Below, one piece after another: positions 10,547 to 21,975 of a stretch of DNA of 64,000 nucleotides; position 1 is the stretch's first letter; every line of letters begins with the position of its first letter. The translations under genes and the position numbers were made by a program. Origin of the DNA: Alphaproteobacteria bacterium (GTDB taxonomy: Bacteria; Pseudomonadota; Alphaproteobacteria; UBA828); the NCBI GenBank assembly GCA_963667785.2, contig CAXXMU010000006.1:896001-960000 (forward strand), written 5' to 3'. Under the pieces are notes generated by a model that saw only the letters and a list, made by a program, of their open reading frames with translations, had not been told where the DNA came from and did no database searches.

Positions 10547-11311
10547 TTACGCCAGGTGGGCGTCGAAGAAGGCCAGCGTCCGCTGCCAGGCGAGGGCGGC
10601 GTCGGCCTCGTCGTAGCGAGCGCTGGTGGGGTTGGCGAAGGCGTGGTCGGCCTCGTACCAGTGGTTCTCCGCGCTCTTGCCGGCCGCCGCCATCTCGCCC
10701 TCGAAGCCCTCGACCATCTCCTTGTTGATCCACCTGTCGCGCGTCGCGAAATGGCCCAGAACAGGACCGGCGAGGGCGGCGAGCTGCGCCCGCGTCCTCT
10801 TCACGTTGCCGTAGTAGACGACGGTGGCGTCGACCGGTGCCGCGAGCGACGCGTTGAGCGACCAGCGGCCGCCGAAGCACCAGCCGACGGTGCCGACGCT
10901 GCCGGTGCCGCTCTCGTGGCCCCGGAGCCAGCCGATCCACGAGGCGCAGGTGTCGGTGGCCGCCTCCGGCCGGACCCCGGTCGCCAGCTCTCGCGCCACG
11001 GCGGGATCGGCGGTGACGTTGCCGTCGTAGAGATCGATCGCGAGCGCCAGGTAGCCGGCGTCGCCGAGCGCGGCCGCGACCGACTTGATCTGGTCGTTCA
11101 GCCCCCACCACTCGTGCACCAGCATGACGGCGGGCGCAGGCAGCGCCGCGGGCCGGGCGAGCGCGGCGGAGATGTCCCGCCCGCCTGCGCTGGAGATGGT
11201 GACGGTCTCGAGCCCCGCGGCGGCGGCCCGGGCGAGGCGGCGGTCGGCGAGGACCGTCGCGAGCGGCAGCCCGGCGAGGCCGATCAGGAGGTCACGTCTT
11301 GCGATTCCCAT
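10547..11311 (-). CDS. Dienelactone hydrolase family protein with Tat signal
   Basis: ARRDLL Tat motif; HEWWGLN; nucleophile GWCFGG; HAFANP. Confidence 0.92.
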   Translation of the reverse strand: MGIARRDLLIGLAGLPLATVLADRRLARAAAAGLETVTISSAGGRDISAALARPAALPAPAVMLVHEWWGLNDQIKSVAAALGDAGYLALAIDLYDGNVTADPAVARELATGVRPEAATDTCASWIGWLRGHESGTGSVGTVGWCFGGRWSLNASLAAPVDATVVYYGNVKRTRAQLAALAGPVLGHFATRDRWINKEMVEGFEGEMAAAGKSAENHWYEADHAFANPTSARYDEADAALAWQRTLAFFDAHLA

Positions 11312-11451
11312 GGCGCATCGTCCTCCGTTGCGCGGTCGAGGCACCCATGGTCGGGCGCAGATGCGCCGCGCGCAAGGCGCGATCCGCCGCCCCTTGCTTT
11401 CTCCGCCCGGCGCGGCCCTGTATCCTCGCGCGGCTTCAGCGGGGGAGGGCC

Positions 11452-13179
11452 ATGGCGAGTTCGATCGAGGCGCGAGACATCAGCCGCAGGCGCGGCGCCG
11501 GCGCGCTGCTCAGGCGCGAAGAGGACCCGGCGAGACGCGCTGCCACCGGCGGCGATGCACTGATCGCGACCCTTCTCGACCACGGCGTCGACACCGCGTT
11601 CGGTGTGCCGGGCGAGAGCTACCTCGCCGTGCTCGAAGCGCTGCGGGACGCGCGCGAGCGGCTCCGCTTCGTCGTCACCCGCCACGAGTCCGGCGCCACC
11701 TTCGCCGCCTGCGCCTACGGCCGGCTGGCGCGCAAGCCGGGCGTCGCCTTCGTCACGCGCGGGCCGGGCGCCACCAACGCCTCCATCGGCATCCATACGG
11801 CACGCCAGGATTCGGTGCCTCTGCTCCTCTTCATCGGCCAGGTGCCCTCCGGCCAGCGCGGCCGCGAGTCCTTTCAGGAGATCGACTATCACCGCATGCT
11901 GGGGCCGATGGCCAAGGCGGTGTTCGAGCCGCGGACGCCCTCGGCGGTGGCCGCTGCGGTCGCCGAGGCCCACGCCATCGCCATCGACGGCAGGCCCGGC
12001 CCCGTCGCCATCGCACTGCCCGAGGACGTGACCGAGGGCGCGGCCGGCAATGCGCCGCCGCCGATGCGGCGCCCAGGGCGCGCGAGGCCGCCTGCGCCGG
12101 AGGCGATCCAGGACGTCGCCCGGCACCTCGCCGGGGCCCAGCGTCCGGTGGTGATCGCCGGTGAGATGGTCGGCTTCGAAGGCGCCAACGAGGCGCTCGC
12201 CGCCTTCGCCGAGGCCCACGGCTGCGGCGTGCTCAGCTCCTTCCGCCAGCAGGGGGTGCTGCCGTGCGGCCACCCCGCCTATCTCGGAACTCTCGGCCTC
12301 GCGCTGCCGCCCTATCAGGAGGCGCTGCTGGCGGAGGCCGACCTGGTGCTGGCCATCGGCACCCGGCTCGATCTCGCCACCACCCTCGACGACCGCGTGA
12401 TCGAGGAGGCCCGCGCCACGATCCACGTCTACCCGGATGACGACGCGCTGGCCGCGGCCGGCTGCGGCCTGCAGGTCTCCGCCGACGTCGCGCCGGTGCT
12501 GGAAGGGCTCGCGGCTGCCGCATCGGAGGCGCCGCCGGCGCCGCGGCGTGCCTGGCGGGCCACACAGCGCGCGGCGTTCGACGCCTTCCGGCTGGAGGCC
12601 GCCTCGCCGGCGCTGGGCGCGGTCGACCTCGCCGCCGTGGTGCGGACGCTGGCGGAGGCGGTCCCTGCCGACGCCACCATCGTCAACGATGCCGGCAACT
12701 TCTCCACCTGGCTGTTGCGCCACTTCCCGTACGAGCATCCGCTCTCCCAGGCCGCGCCGGCGGTAGGCGCCATGGGCTATGCCGTGCCGGGTGCCCTCGG
12801 CGCGCAGCTCGCCCGGCCCGGCAAGCGCGTGGTCGCGCTCGCCGGCGACGGCGGCTTCGGCATGACCGGGCAGGAGCTGATCACTGCGGTCGCCAACCGG
12901 CTGCCGATCGTCGTGCTGGTCTGCGACAACGGCGGCTACGGCACCATCGCCATGCACCAGTACAACCGCTACGGCACGGATGCGACCTACGGTATCGCGC
13001 TGCACAGCCCGGACTTCGCGGCCGCGGCCCGGGCCTGGGGCGCCGCTGCCTGGACGGTGGACGAGACCCGGGCGTTCGCGCCCGCGCTGGAGCAGGCGCT
13101 TGGCGCCGACGGGCCTGCGCTGATCCACCTCAGGACCGACATGCGCGACCTCGCCGCCTCCGGCGCCAAGATGCGGTGA
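11452..13179 (+). CDS. Thiamine diphosphate-dependent enzyme (acetolactate synthase large subunit-like)
   Basis: FGVPGES, RHE, TRGPGATN, GDGGFGM...DNGGYG. Confidence 0.92.
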   Translation: MASSIEARDISRRRGAGALLRREEDPARRAATGGDALIATLLDHGVDTAFGVPGESYLAVLEALRDARERLRFVVTRHESGATFAACAYGRLARKPGVAFVTRGPGATNASIGIHTARQDSVPLLLFIGQVPSGQRGRESFQEIDYHRMLGPMAKAVFEPRTPSAVAAAVAEAHAIAIDGRPGPVAIALPEDVTEGAAGNAPPPMRRPGRARPPAPEAIQDVARHLAGAQRPVVIAGEMVGFEGANEALAAFAEAHGCGVLSSFRQQGVLPCGHPAYLGTLGLALPPYQEALLAEADLVLAIGTRLDLATTLDDRVIEEARATIHVYPDDDALAAAGCGLQVSADVAPVLEGLAAAASEAPPAPRRAWRATQRAAFDAFRLEAASPALGAVDLAAVVRTLAEAVPADATIVNDAGNFSTWLLRHFPYEHPLSQAAPAVGAMGYAVPGALGAQLARPGKRVVALAGDGGFGMTGQELITAVANRLPIVVLVCDNGGYGTIAMHQYNRYGTDATYGIALHSPDFAAAARAWGAAAWTVDETRAFAPALEQALGADGPALIHLRTDMRDLAASGAKMR

Positions 13180-14438
13180 CGATGGCCGCCGCCGGCGAGA
13201 CCGACGAGGCGGACGACGCCGGAACGGAGGGCGCGGAGGGGGACGGCACGCCGGCCGGGACCTCGGACGAGGCTTCCGACGAGGCCGCGGTCGAGGCACA
13301 CGTTCTCAGCTCGATCGCCCAGGTGACCGCCGCCGACTGGGACCGCTGCGCGGGCACCGACAACCCCTTCGTCCGCCATGCCTTCCTCTCGGCACTGGAG
13401 GAGAGCGGCTCGAGCGCGGACGAGACCGGCTGGCACCCCCGGCACATCATCCTCAAGAGCAGTGCCGGCGCCGTCCTCGGCGCGGTGCCGATGTACCTCA
13501 AGAGCCACTCCTACGGCGAATACGTCTTCGACCACGGCTGGGCGGACGCGTTCGAGCGCGCGGGCGGGCGCTACTACCCCAAGCTGCAGGTCTCGGTGCC
13601 CTTCACGCCGGTGACGGGGCCGCGCCTGCTGGCGCCGGCGGGACCGCAGGCGGATGCGGTGCGGCAGGCGCTGCTCTCCACCTGCGTCGGCCTCTGCGAC
13701 CAGGCGGGCGTCTCCTCGCTGCACGTCACCTTCCCCCCCGAAGACGAGTTCGACCTGATGGGCGAGGCGGGGCTCCTGCAGCGCACCGGCATCCAGTTCC
13801 ACTGGCTCAACGAGGGCTACGAGAGCTTCGACGACTTCCTGGCTACCCTCGCCTCGCGCAAGCGCAAGCAGATCCGCAAGGAGCGGCAGGCGGTCGCCGA
13901 CGCCGGGCTTGCCATCCGGGCGCTCACCGGGCCCGAAATCGAGGAGCGCCACTGGGACGCATTCTTTGCCTTCTATCAGACGACGGGCAGCCGCAAGTGG
14001 GGGGTGCCCTACCTCACGCGGAGCTTCTTCAGCCTGCTCGGCGAGCGGATGGCCGAGGCGGTGGTGCTGGTGATGGTCGAGCGGGACGGCCGGCCCATCG
14101 CCGGCGCGCTCAATCTCGCCGGCACCGATACGCTCTACGGCCGCAACTGGGGCTGCGTCGAGGAGCACCGCTTCCTGCATTTCGAGGCCTGCTACTACCG
14201 CGCCATCGACCACGCCATCGCCCGCGGGCTGAAGCGCGTGGAGGCCGGCGCCCAGGGGCCGCACAAGCTCGCGCGCGGCTATCTGCCGGTGCCGACCTAT
14301 TCCGCCCACTGGGTCGCCGATCCCGGCCTGAGGGAGGCGGTCGCCCGCTACCTCGACCACGAGACGCGGGAGATCGACCGCGAGATCGCCGTGCTCGAGC
14401 GGCACGGCCCCTTTCGCCAGGGCGGCGACGGGGCCTGA
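13176..14438 (+). CDS. GNAT/FemAB-like protein (DUF482 type)
   Basis: HSYGEYVFDHGWADA, YYPKL..VPFTP, LHFEACYY, EAGAQGPHKLARGY. Confidence 0.9.
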   Translation: MTMAAAGETDEADDAGTEGAEGDGTPAGTSDEASDEAAVEAHVLSSIAQVTAADWDRCAGTDNPFVRHAFLSALEESGSSADETGWHPRHIILKSSAGAVLGAVPMYLKSHSYGEYVFDHGWADAFERAGGRYYPKLQVSVPFTPVTGPRLLAPAGPQADAVRQALLSTCVGLCDQAGVSSLHVTFPPEDEFDLMGEAGLLQRTGIQFHWLNEGYESFDDFLATLASRKRKQIRKERQAVADAGLAIRALTGPEIEERHWDAFFAFYQTTGSRKWGVPYLTRSFFSLLGERMAEAVVLVMVERDGRPIAGALNLAGTDTLYGRNWGCVEEHRFLHFEACYYRAIDHAIARGLKRVEAGAQGPHKLARGYLPVPTYSAHWVADPGLREAVARYLDHETREIDREIAVLERHGPFRQGGDGA

Positions 14439-14528
14439 GGGGGAAGGGCGGGCGGCGCCGCTTGCGCGCGGCACCCCGGCACCCCAAGATCGCCGCCACA
14501 CGCACCGCCGCGCCTGAGGAGAGACCGG

Positions 14529-15878
14529 ATGACAGCCTCCAATCTCGACGCGCTCACCCGCGACGCGCTCGACTACTACCTGTTCCCGCTCGCGACCAAG
14601 CAGGACATGCGCACGGACGGCCCGATGATCTTCTCGCGCGCGGCCGGGATGGAGATCACCGACGCGGCCGGCAAGACCTACCTCGACATGATGAGCACCC
14701 AGACCAGGGCGAGCTCGCTCGGCTACGGGCAGGAGCGCATCGCGCGCGCCATCTACGACCAGCTCATGTCACTCCACTACGCCGGCACTTTCGCCAACGT
14801 CGCCGACGTGACGATCCGCCTTTCGGCCAAGATCGCCGATCTCGCGCCCGGCTCCCTCACCGCATCGGTCTACGCCGGCAGCGGCTCGGAGGCGAACGAG
14901 ATGTCGATCAAGCTGGCCAAGCAGTATCACGCGGCCAAGGGCGACAAGCCACGCGCCCACAAGATCATCTCGCGCTGGGACGCATATCACGGCGCCACCA
15001 TGGGAGTGATCGGCAGCACCGACTATCTCGGCACCCGCGCCATCACCGAGCCGGGCGTGCCGGGCTACAGCCGCATCCCCGCGCCCAACCTCTACCGCAC
15101 GCCGTTCGGCATGGACCCGTCGGAGGTCTGCGACTTCTGCGTGGACTTCTTGGAGCAGCACATCGTCCACGAGGGGCCGGAGACGGTGGCCGCCTTCATC
15201 GCCGAGCCGGTGATGCAGGGCGACGGCGTACAGGTGCCGCCGGACGACTACTTCGCCCGGGTGCGGGCGGTCTGCGACAAGTACGACGTGCTGCTGATCG
15301 GCGACGAGGTGATCACCGGCTTCGGCCGTACCGGGCGCTGGTTCGCGCTGGAGCACTGGGGCGTCGAGTGCGACATCATGAGCACGGCGAAGGCGGTCAC
15401 CGCCGGCTACTTCCCGCTCGGCGCATCGACCGTGAGCCGCAGGGTCGCCGATGCGCTGCCGGTCTTCACCCACGTGCAGACCTACAACGGCCATCCCGGC
15501 GCCTGTGCCGCGGCGCTCGCCACCATCGACATCCTGGACAGCGAGAACCTGGTCGAGCGGGGCGCGGAGACCGGCGCCTACTTCCTCGATTCCATGCAGC
15601 GGCTGCGCGAGCTCGCCATCGTCGGCGACGTGCGCGGGCTCGGCATGTGGACCTGCATCGACTTCACCGCCGACAAGAAGACCAAGGCGCCGTTCACCGA
15701 CGACACGGTGAAGGCGATCACGCGCCGCATGGCCGATCTCGGCGTGCTCGGCGGCGAGGAAGGCACGGCGATCGAGTTCGGGCCGGCGCTCATCGCCACC
15801 CGCGAGATGGTGGATCGCACCGTCGACGTGGCCGAGCAGGCGATCCGCGAGGTGATGGCCGATCGCAACCTCGGCTGA
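14529..15878 (+). CDS. Class III PLP aminotransferase
   Basis: SGSEANE, YHG, AEPV, DEVITGFGRTG, TAKAVTAG. Confidence 0.94.
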   Translation: MTASNLDALTRDALDYYLFPLATKQDMRTDGPMIFSRAAGMEITDAAGKTYLDMMSTQTRASSLGYGQERIARAIYDQLMSLHYAGTFANVADVTIRLSAKIADLAPGSLTASVYAGSGSEANEMSIKLAKQYHAAKGDKPRAHKIISRWDAYHGATMGVIGSTDYLGTRAITEPGVPGYSRIPAPNLYRTPFGMDPSEVCDFCVDFLEQHIVHEGPETVAAFIAEPVMQGDGVQVPPDDYFARVRAVCDKYDVLLIGDEVITGFGRTGRWFALEHWGVECDIMSTAKAVTAGYFPLGASTVSRRVADALPVFTHVQTYNGHPGACAAALATIDILDSENLVERGAETGAYFLDSMQRLRELAIVGDVRGLGMWTCIDFTADKKTKAPFTDDTVKAITRRMADLGVLGGEEGTAIEFGPALIATREMVDRTVDVAEQAIREVMADRNLG

Positions 15879-15933
15879 GCCGCGCCCGCCGGCGCCGCCT
15901 CGCGCGGGTCGCGGATTGCCCTGACGCAGCCCT

Positions 15934-16590
15934 CTACGCGACGATGCTGTCGGCGCGGCGTTCGAGGGCGGCGATGGCGTCCGCCGCGGTGACGGGCCGG
16001 CCGGCGTTGGTGAGCGCCCGGATGAGCGTGAGCGCCGCTTCATGGCCTTGCGCGCTGGTGCCGGCCACACAGTCCTCCAGCACGAACACCCGGTAGTCGC
16101 GCTGGTAGGCGTCGCCCGCGGTCCACAGCACGCAGACATCGCTGCAGACGCCGGCGATCAGGAGCGTGTCGACGCCCAGGCGGCGCAGGTTCATATCGAG
16201 CTCGGTGCCGACGAAGATGCTGAAGCGCCGCTTGAGGATGCGGATGTCGCCCGGCTCGGGCGCCAGCTCGTCGACGATCTCGAAGCCCTCCGTGCCCTCG
16301 ATGCAGGGCGGTGCCGGCGGCTCTCCGGGCGCCGCGCGGGGATGCCTGCCGGTGACCCAGCCGCTCCGCCCGTCCCAGAGGAGGCGCCCGCCGTCGAGCC
16401 CGTCGGCGCGATGCACTTCCTGGCTGAACGCGACCGGCACCTGCGCGCGCCGGGCCGCGGCGACCACCCGGCCGATCCGCGTCACCATCCGCTCCGCCCC
16501 GATCGCGTAGGAGCCGACATCATGGTCGACGAAGTCGTTCTGCATGTCGACCACGGCCAGCGCCGGTCGTCCGATCTCCAGTCCGTCCAT
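15934..16590 (-). CDS. Isochorismatase-family cysteine hydrolase
   Basis: VVDMQNDF, KRRFSIF, GVCSDVCV; GGAGGA RBS. Confidence 0.92.
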   Translation of the reverse strand: MDGLEIGRPALAVVDMQNDFVDHDVGSYAIGAERMVTRIGRVVAAARRAQVPVAFSQEVHRADGLDGGRLLWDGRSGWVTGRHPRAAPGEPPAPPCIEGTEGFEIVDELAPEPGDIRILKRRFSIFVGTELDMNLRRLGVDTLLIAGVCSDVCVLWTAGDAYQRDYRVFVLEDCVAGTSAQGHEAALTLIRALTNAGRPVTAADAIAALERRADSIVA

Positions 16591-16619
16591 GGGTACGTCC
16601 TCCATTCCCTCTGGCCGGG

Positions 16620-17099
16620 CTACTGCGGGTCCTTCATGTCCATCCCGCCGTGGTCCATGTCGTCGTGGTTCATGTCGTCGCCGTGCTCCTTCATCTCACC
16701 GTGCATGTGCTCGGCCTGGCCGTCGTCGACACCGAAATCCACCTTCTTGACGACGCGATCCCGGGTCGGGCCGCTGACGTCCAGCGTCAAGGCCCACTCG
16801 CCCAGCATCTCGAGCTCCAGCGTGGCGGCGTAGTGGCCCGGCATCGAGCCGGGTACCGCCTGCACGGGCCGTACATTGTGCGCCAGCGGCATCGACGGCA
16901 TGTCGGCCTTGACGACGACCTCGGCACCCTCCACCGGGTCGCCGCTCTTCTTGCCCTTCAGCATGATCATGCAGTCGTAGGTGAGCCGTTCCGCCGTCGC
17001 GGTACAGCTCACGTCCGCCGCCACGCGCTCGCCCGCGAGCGCCGCGCCGCTCGCCGTCAGCATCGCCGACAGCGCAAGCACTGCTGTCACGTATCGCAT
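16620..17099 (-). CDS. Secreted YtkA/FixH-like protein with His/Met-rich tail
   Basis: Signal peptide; DMPSMP.AH, PGHY...LEMLGEW; tail HMHGEMKEHGDDMNHDDMDHGGMDM. Confidence 0.75.
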   Translation of the reverse strand: MRYVTAVLALSAMLTASGAALAGERVAADVSCTATAERLTYDCMIMLKGKKSGDPVEGAEVVVKADMPSMPLAHNVRPVQAVPGSMPGHYAATLELEMLGEWALTLDVSGPTRDRVVKKVDFGVDDGQAEHMHGEMKEHGDDMNHDDMDHGGMDMKDPQ

Positions 17100-17102
17100 C
17101 CT

Positions 17103-17819
17103 TCATCCTCCCCGTTGCAGACCCAGATAGGCGCTCACCAGCAGCTCGTGCTCGGCAAGCTCGGCCGCCTGGCCGTCCAGAATGATCCGTCCGCTCTCGA
17201 GCACGTAGCCCCTGTCGGCGATCGCGAGCGCCTGGCGCACGTTCTGCTCCACCAGCAGGATCGTCACCCCTGCGTCCCTCAGCCTGGCGATCAGGGCAAA
17301 GACCTCCTGCGCGGCGATCGGCGCGAGGCCGAGCGAGGGTTCGTCGAGCATGAGCAGCTTCGGTCGGGCCATCAGCCCGCGGGCGAGCGCCAGCATCTGG
17401 GCCTGGCCGCCGCTCAGCGCCGCGCCGCGCTCGTCGAGCCGGTCGCGCAGCATGGGAAAAAACGCCAGCACGCGATCGATGTCTGCTTCGGCCCGCGCGC
17501 GGCCGGGCACGTTGTAGGCGCCGAGCCGCAGGTTCTGCGCGATCGTCAGCCTGCCGAAGATCAGACGACCCTCCGGCACCTGCACGATGCCGCGGCGCAT
17601 GATCCGGTGCGGCGGCAGGCGGGTGATGGACTGTCCGAGAAAGTGGACCTGCCCGCCCGCCGGCCGCTCGATGCCGCACACCGCGTGCATCGTCGAGCTC
17701 TTGCCGGCGCCGTTGGTGCCGATCAGGGCGACGATCTCGCCCTCCCCGACCTTCAGCGACACGCCCTGGACGGCGCGGACCTTGCCGTAGCTGACCTGCA
17801 GGTCGCGGACCTCAAGCAT
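17103..17819 (-). CDS. livF: Branched-chain amino acid-type ABC transporter ATPase (LivF-like), set 2
   Basis: GTNGAGKS, LSGGQAQM, DEPSLGLAP. Confidence 0.9.
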   Translation of the reverse strand: MLEVRDLQVSYGKVRAVQGVSLKVGEGEIVALIGTNGAGKSSTMHAVCGIERPAGGQVHFLGQSITRLPPHRIMRRGIVQVPEGRLIFGRLTIAQNLRLGAYNVPGRARAEADIDRVLAFFPMLRDRLDERGAALSGGQAQMLALARGLMARPKLLMLDEPSLGLAPIAAQEVFALIARLRDAGVTILLVEQNVRQALAIADRGYVLESGRIILDGQAAELAEHELLVSAYLGLQRGG

Positions 17820-18567
17820 CGCCCGCGTCCCGGCCGAGATAGGCCTCGAGCACGTCGCTCTGCTGCAGGACCTCCTGCGGTGCGCCGTCCGCGATCTTGC
17901 GGCCGAAGTTGAGAACGCAGAGGCGCTGGCAGAGCGCCGAGATCAGGTCGAGCTTGTGCTCGATGACGACGCAGGTACGCCCCGGCACCGCGAAGTCGCG
18001 GATGAGCGCGGCCATCTCCGCCGTCTCCGCCGGGGTCATCCCGCCCGCCGGCTCGTCCAGGAGCAGCAGCGCAGGAGAACGCGCGAGCGCCCGGGCCAGC
18101 TCGAGGCGCCGCTGATCGGGGAGCGGCAGGCTGCCCGCCAGCGCATCCCGCCGGTCGGCGAGGCCGACGGCGTCGAGCAGGCCGTCGACCTCGGCCCTGC
18201 GCGCGCGTTCGCCCGCGGAGCGACCGGACAGGAGCGTCATGGGCCCGACGCCGGGCAGGCTGTGCTGCGCCACCCAGACGTTCTCGTGCACGCTCATGCG
18301 CCGGAAGATGCGCAGATTCTGGAAGGTTCGCGCGATGCCGCGCCGCACGATCCGGGCCGGCGCCTGATCGGTGATGTCCTCGCCGCGCAGCAGCACGCGG
18401 CCCGAATCCACCGGGTGAACGCCGGTGATGACGTTGAAAAGCGTCGTCTTGCCGGAGCCGTTGGGGCCGATGAGGCCGACCACCTCGCCGTCCGCGACCG
18501 CGAGGTCGATCTCCTCCAGGGCGGCGACGCCGCCGAAGGACCGGCTCAGGCCCTCAACCCTCAGCAC
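17812..18567 (-). CDS. livG: ABC transporter ATPase (LivG-like), set 2
   Basis: GPNGSGKT, ARTFQN, DEPAGG. Confidence 0.9.
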   Translation of the reverse strand: MLRVEGLSRSFGGVAALEEIDLAVADGEVVGLIGPNGSGKTTLFNVITGVHPVDSGRVLLRGEDITDQAPARIVRRGIARTFQNLRIFRRMSVHENVWVAQHSLPGVGPMTLLSGRSAGERARRAEVDGLLDAVGLADRRDALAGSLPLPDQRRLELARALARSPALLLLDEPAGGMTPAETAEMAALIRDFAVPGRTCVVIEHKLDLISALCQRLCVLNFGRKIADGAPQEVLQQSDVLEAYLGRDAGDA

Positions 18568-19489
18568 GCCGCAACCCCCGCCGCAGCCCTCGCCGCAACT
18601 CTCGCCACCGGACGCGCAGCCAGTGCACGGCGGCTTCGTCCAGCAGCCCGCGCGGGCGCACGATGAGCAGCACGGCGACGAGGCCGCCGAAGACGATCAT
18701 GCGGTAGCCGGAGATCGCGCGGATCGATTCCAGCAGGCCGATGTCGATGGCGACGCCGATCAGCGGCCCGAACGCCGTGCCCAGGCCGCCGATCAGGCCG
18801 TAGGCCAGGCCGTGCACGCCCAGCATGACGTTGAAGATCTTGGGCTCGACATAGGTCGTGAGGTGGGCGTAGAGCGCGCCCCCGATGCCGGCGACGACGC
18901 CGGCCAAGACGACGGCCAGGATCTTGTGGGCGGTGACGTTCAGCCCCTGCATCTCGGTCAGCATCGGGTCCTCGCCGATCATCCGGAAGATGGCGCCGAG
19001 GCGGGAGCGCTCGAGGATCAGGAAGCCGACGAGGACCACCGCCAGCAGCCCGTAGATGATCAGCAGGTACTCGAAGGCGGAAACGTTGCTGTCGTAGATC
19101 GCGCGAATGTCGCGAAAGCCGTCGGAGCCGTTGGGGCCGACCAGCTCGCCGTCGATCTCGACCTGATAGGTGAAGATCTCGAGGATCAGCCGCACCATCT
19201 CTGCGAAGGCGAGCGTCGCCACCGAGAAGTAGAGTCCGCGCAGCCGCACCGTCGGGATCGCCACCACCAGCCCCGCCACCCCGCCGAGCAGCGCACCCCA
19301 CACCAGGCCGAGCCAGAACGGCCAGCCCCACATCGCAGTCGCGATGCCGGAGCCATAGGCGCTGACGGCGAAGAACGCCTGCTGACCGAACGAGATCTCG
19401 CCGACGACGAGCAGCAGGTAGGCCGAGAGCGCGATGAACGAGATCATGCCGATGTTGGAGAGGACCGCGATGAGATAGTCGCCGCCCAT
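18554..19489 (-). CDS. livM: ABC transporter permease (LivM-like), set 2
   Basis: Multi-TM; LRGLYFSVATLAFAE. Confidence 0.9.
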   Translation of the reverse strand: MGGDYLIAVLSNIGMISFIALSAYLLLVVGEISFGQQAFFAVSAYGSGIATAMWGWPFWLGLVWGALLGGVAGLVVAIPTVRLRGLYFSVATLAFAEMVRLILEIFTYQVEIDGELVGPNGSDGFRDIRAIYDSNVSAFEYLLIIYGLLAVVLVGFLILERSRLGAIFRMIGEDPMLTEMQGLNVTAHKILAVVLAGVVAGIGGALYAHLTTYVEPKIFNVMLGVHGLAYGLIGGLGTAFGPLIGVAIDIGLLESIRAISGYRMIVFGGLVAVLLIVRPRGLLDEAAVHWLRVRWRELRRGLRRGLRRAEG

Positions 19490-19492
19490 CGC

Positions 19493-20392
19493 TCACACCC
19501 GCCGTGTCGCCGCCTGCTCGCGCTCGACGGCGAGCTGGCCCATGAGGCCGCCGGGCCGGAACACCAGAAACAGGAAGAGCAGGAAGTAGGCGGAGAGGTC
19601 GCGGTACTCGGTGCCCAGATACCAGATGCTCTGGGCCTCGACGACGCCGAGAAGCAGCCCGCCGAGGATGGCGCCCGGGATCGATCCCATGCCGCCCAGC
19701 ATCATGGCGATCAGCCCCTTGAACGTCGCCCAGAGCCCGAAGAGGGGCGTGATCTGCCCGTCCGCGCTGACGATCAGATAGGCGGCGACGCCGCCGAAGG
19801 CGGACGCGATGACGAAGGCGAGAGACATGACCGCGCCGACATTGATACCCATGAAGAGCGCCGCGCGCGGGTCCTCGGAAACGGCCCTGAGCGCAAGGCC
19901 GAAACGCGTGCGCTGCAGCAGCCAGTGGAGCCAGACGGTCATGACGGCCGCGCAGGCGAACATCACGACGTTCTCCAGCTTGAAGAAGAACGGGCCCAGC
20001 TCGACCGGAGCGGCGCTCACCAGCGGCGGGAAGAAGTAGGTCCGGTCGGGGAACACCACGGTCACGATCTCTTCGAGCTGCATCCAGATGACGAAGCTCG
20101 AGACCATCGACGCCACCGCCGCGCCCCGGCGAATGGCCCGGAAGCAGAGGCGCTCGACGTAGATTCCGGCGATCACCGCGCCCACCACGGTGGCCGCGGC
20201 GATGGCCACGGCATTGGCCCGGAACTCCATGTAGACCAGCGTGCCGACGAAGGCGCCGACCATGATCGACGGCCCGTAGGAGAGGTTGAGCCGGCGCATG
20301 ACGCCGAAGATCAGGGTGAACCCTATGGCGAGCAGGCCATAGGACGAGCCCAGCATGATGCCGTCGAGGCAGTTCTGGATGAAATCAACCAC
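19493..20392 (-). CDS. livH: ABC transporter permease (LivH-like), set 2
   Basis: Multi-TM; AIGFTLIFGV, GGMGSIPGA. Confidence 0.9.
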   Translation of the reverse strand: MVDFIQNCLDGIMLGSSYGLLAIGFTLIFGVMRRLNLSYGPSIMVGAFVGTLVYMEFRANAVAIAAATVVGAVIAGIYVERLCFRAIRRGAAVASMVSSFVIWMQLEEIVTVVFPDRTYFFPPLVSAAPVELGPFFFKLENVVMFACAAVMTVWLHWLLQRTRFGLALRAVSEDPRAALFMGINVGAVMSLAFVIASAFGGVAAYLIVSADGQITPLFGLWATFKGLIAMMLGGMGSIPGAILGGLLLGVVEAQSIWYLGTEYRDLSAYFLLFLFLVFRPGGLMGQLAVEREQAATRRV

Positions 20393-20434
20393 CGGCCTCG
20401 TCCCGCACCGCTGTCGGAGGTCCGGTCATGGGCC

Positions 20435-21203
<769 letters not shown>

Positions 21204-21211
<8 letters not shown>

Positions 21212-21971
21212 CCGCCGCCTCCACGCTGCCGCCGAGATAGGCCTGCTGGACCGCCTCGTCTTCCTGAATCGCGGCTGGCAGGCCCTCGGCGATCTTGCGC
21301 CCGAAGTTGAGCACCGCGATGCGGTCGGTCACGCCCATGACGAGCTCCATGACGTGCTCGACCAGGACGATCGTCATGCCCGCCCGTTGCAGGGTCCGCA
21401 GGCGGCCGTCCAGCGCGTGCACCTCCTCCAGGTTCATGCCGGCGGCGGGCTCGTCGAGCAGCAGGAGCCTGGGCTTCGTGGCAAGCGCGCGTGCCAGCTC
21501 GAGACGGCGCTGCTCGCCGAAGGAGAGGTTGGCGGCGAGCTCGTTCCGCTTGCCGGTCAGCCCGGCGAAGGCGAGCTGTTCGTCCACCGCATCGCGCGCT
21601 GCACCGGAGCCGAAGAACCACCGCTTGGCGAAGTTCTCGCGGCGGCGATCCTCGACCGAGTTCTGCGCCACCCACAGGTTCTGCCAGACCGTGAGGTGGC
21701 CGAACAGGCGGATGTTCTGAAAGGTGCGCGCCACGCCCGCCGCCAGCACCCGGTGGGGTGCTGCGCCGGTGATGTCGCGATCCTCGAAGACGACCCGCCC
21801 GCCGGTGACCGGCAGGACGCCGCAAATCAGATTGACCGTGGTGCTCTTGCCCGAGCCGTTGGGGCCGATCAGGCCGAAGATCTCGCCCTCTTCCACCGCG
21901 AGATCGAGCTCGTCGACGGCATGGACGCCGCCGAAGTGCTTGGTGAGAGATGTGAGCTGCAGGACCGGCAT
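21204..21971 (-). CDS. livG: ABC transporter ATPase (LivG-like), set 1
   Basis: GPNGSGKS, ARTFQNIRLF, DEPAAGM. Confidence 0.9.
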
Positions 21972-21975
21972 CGCG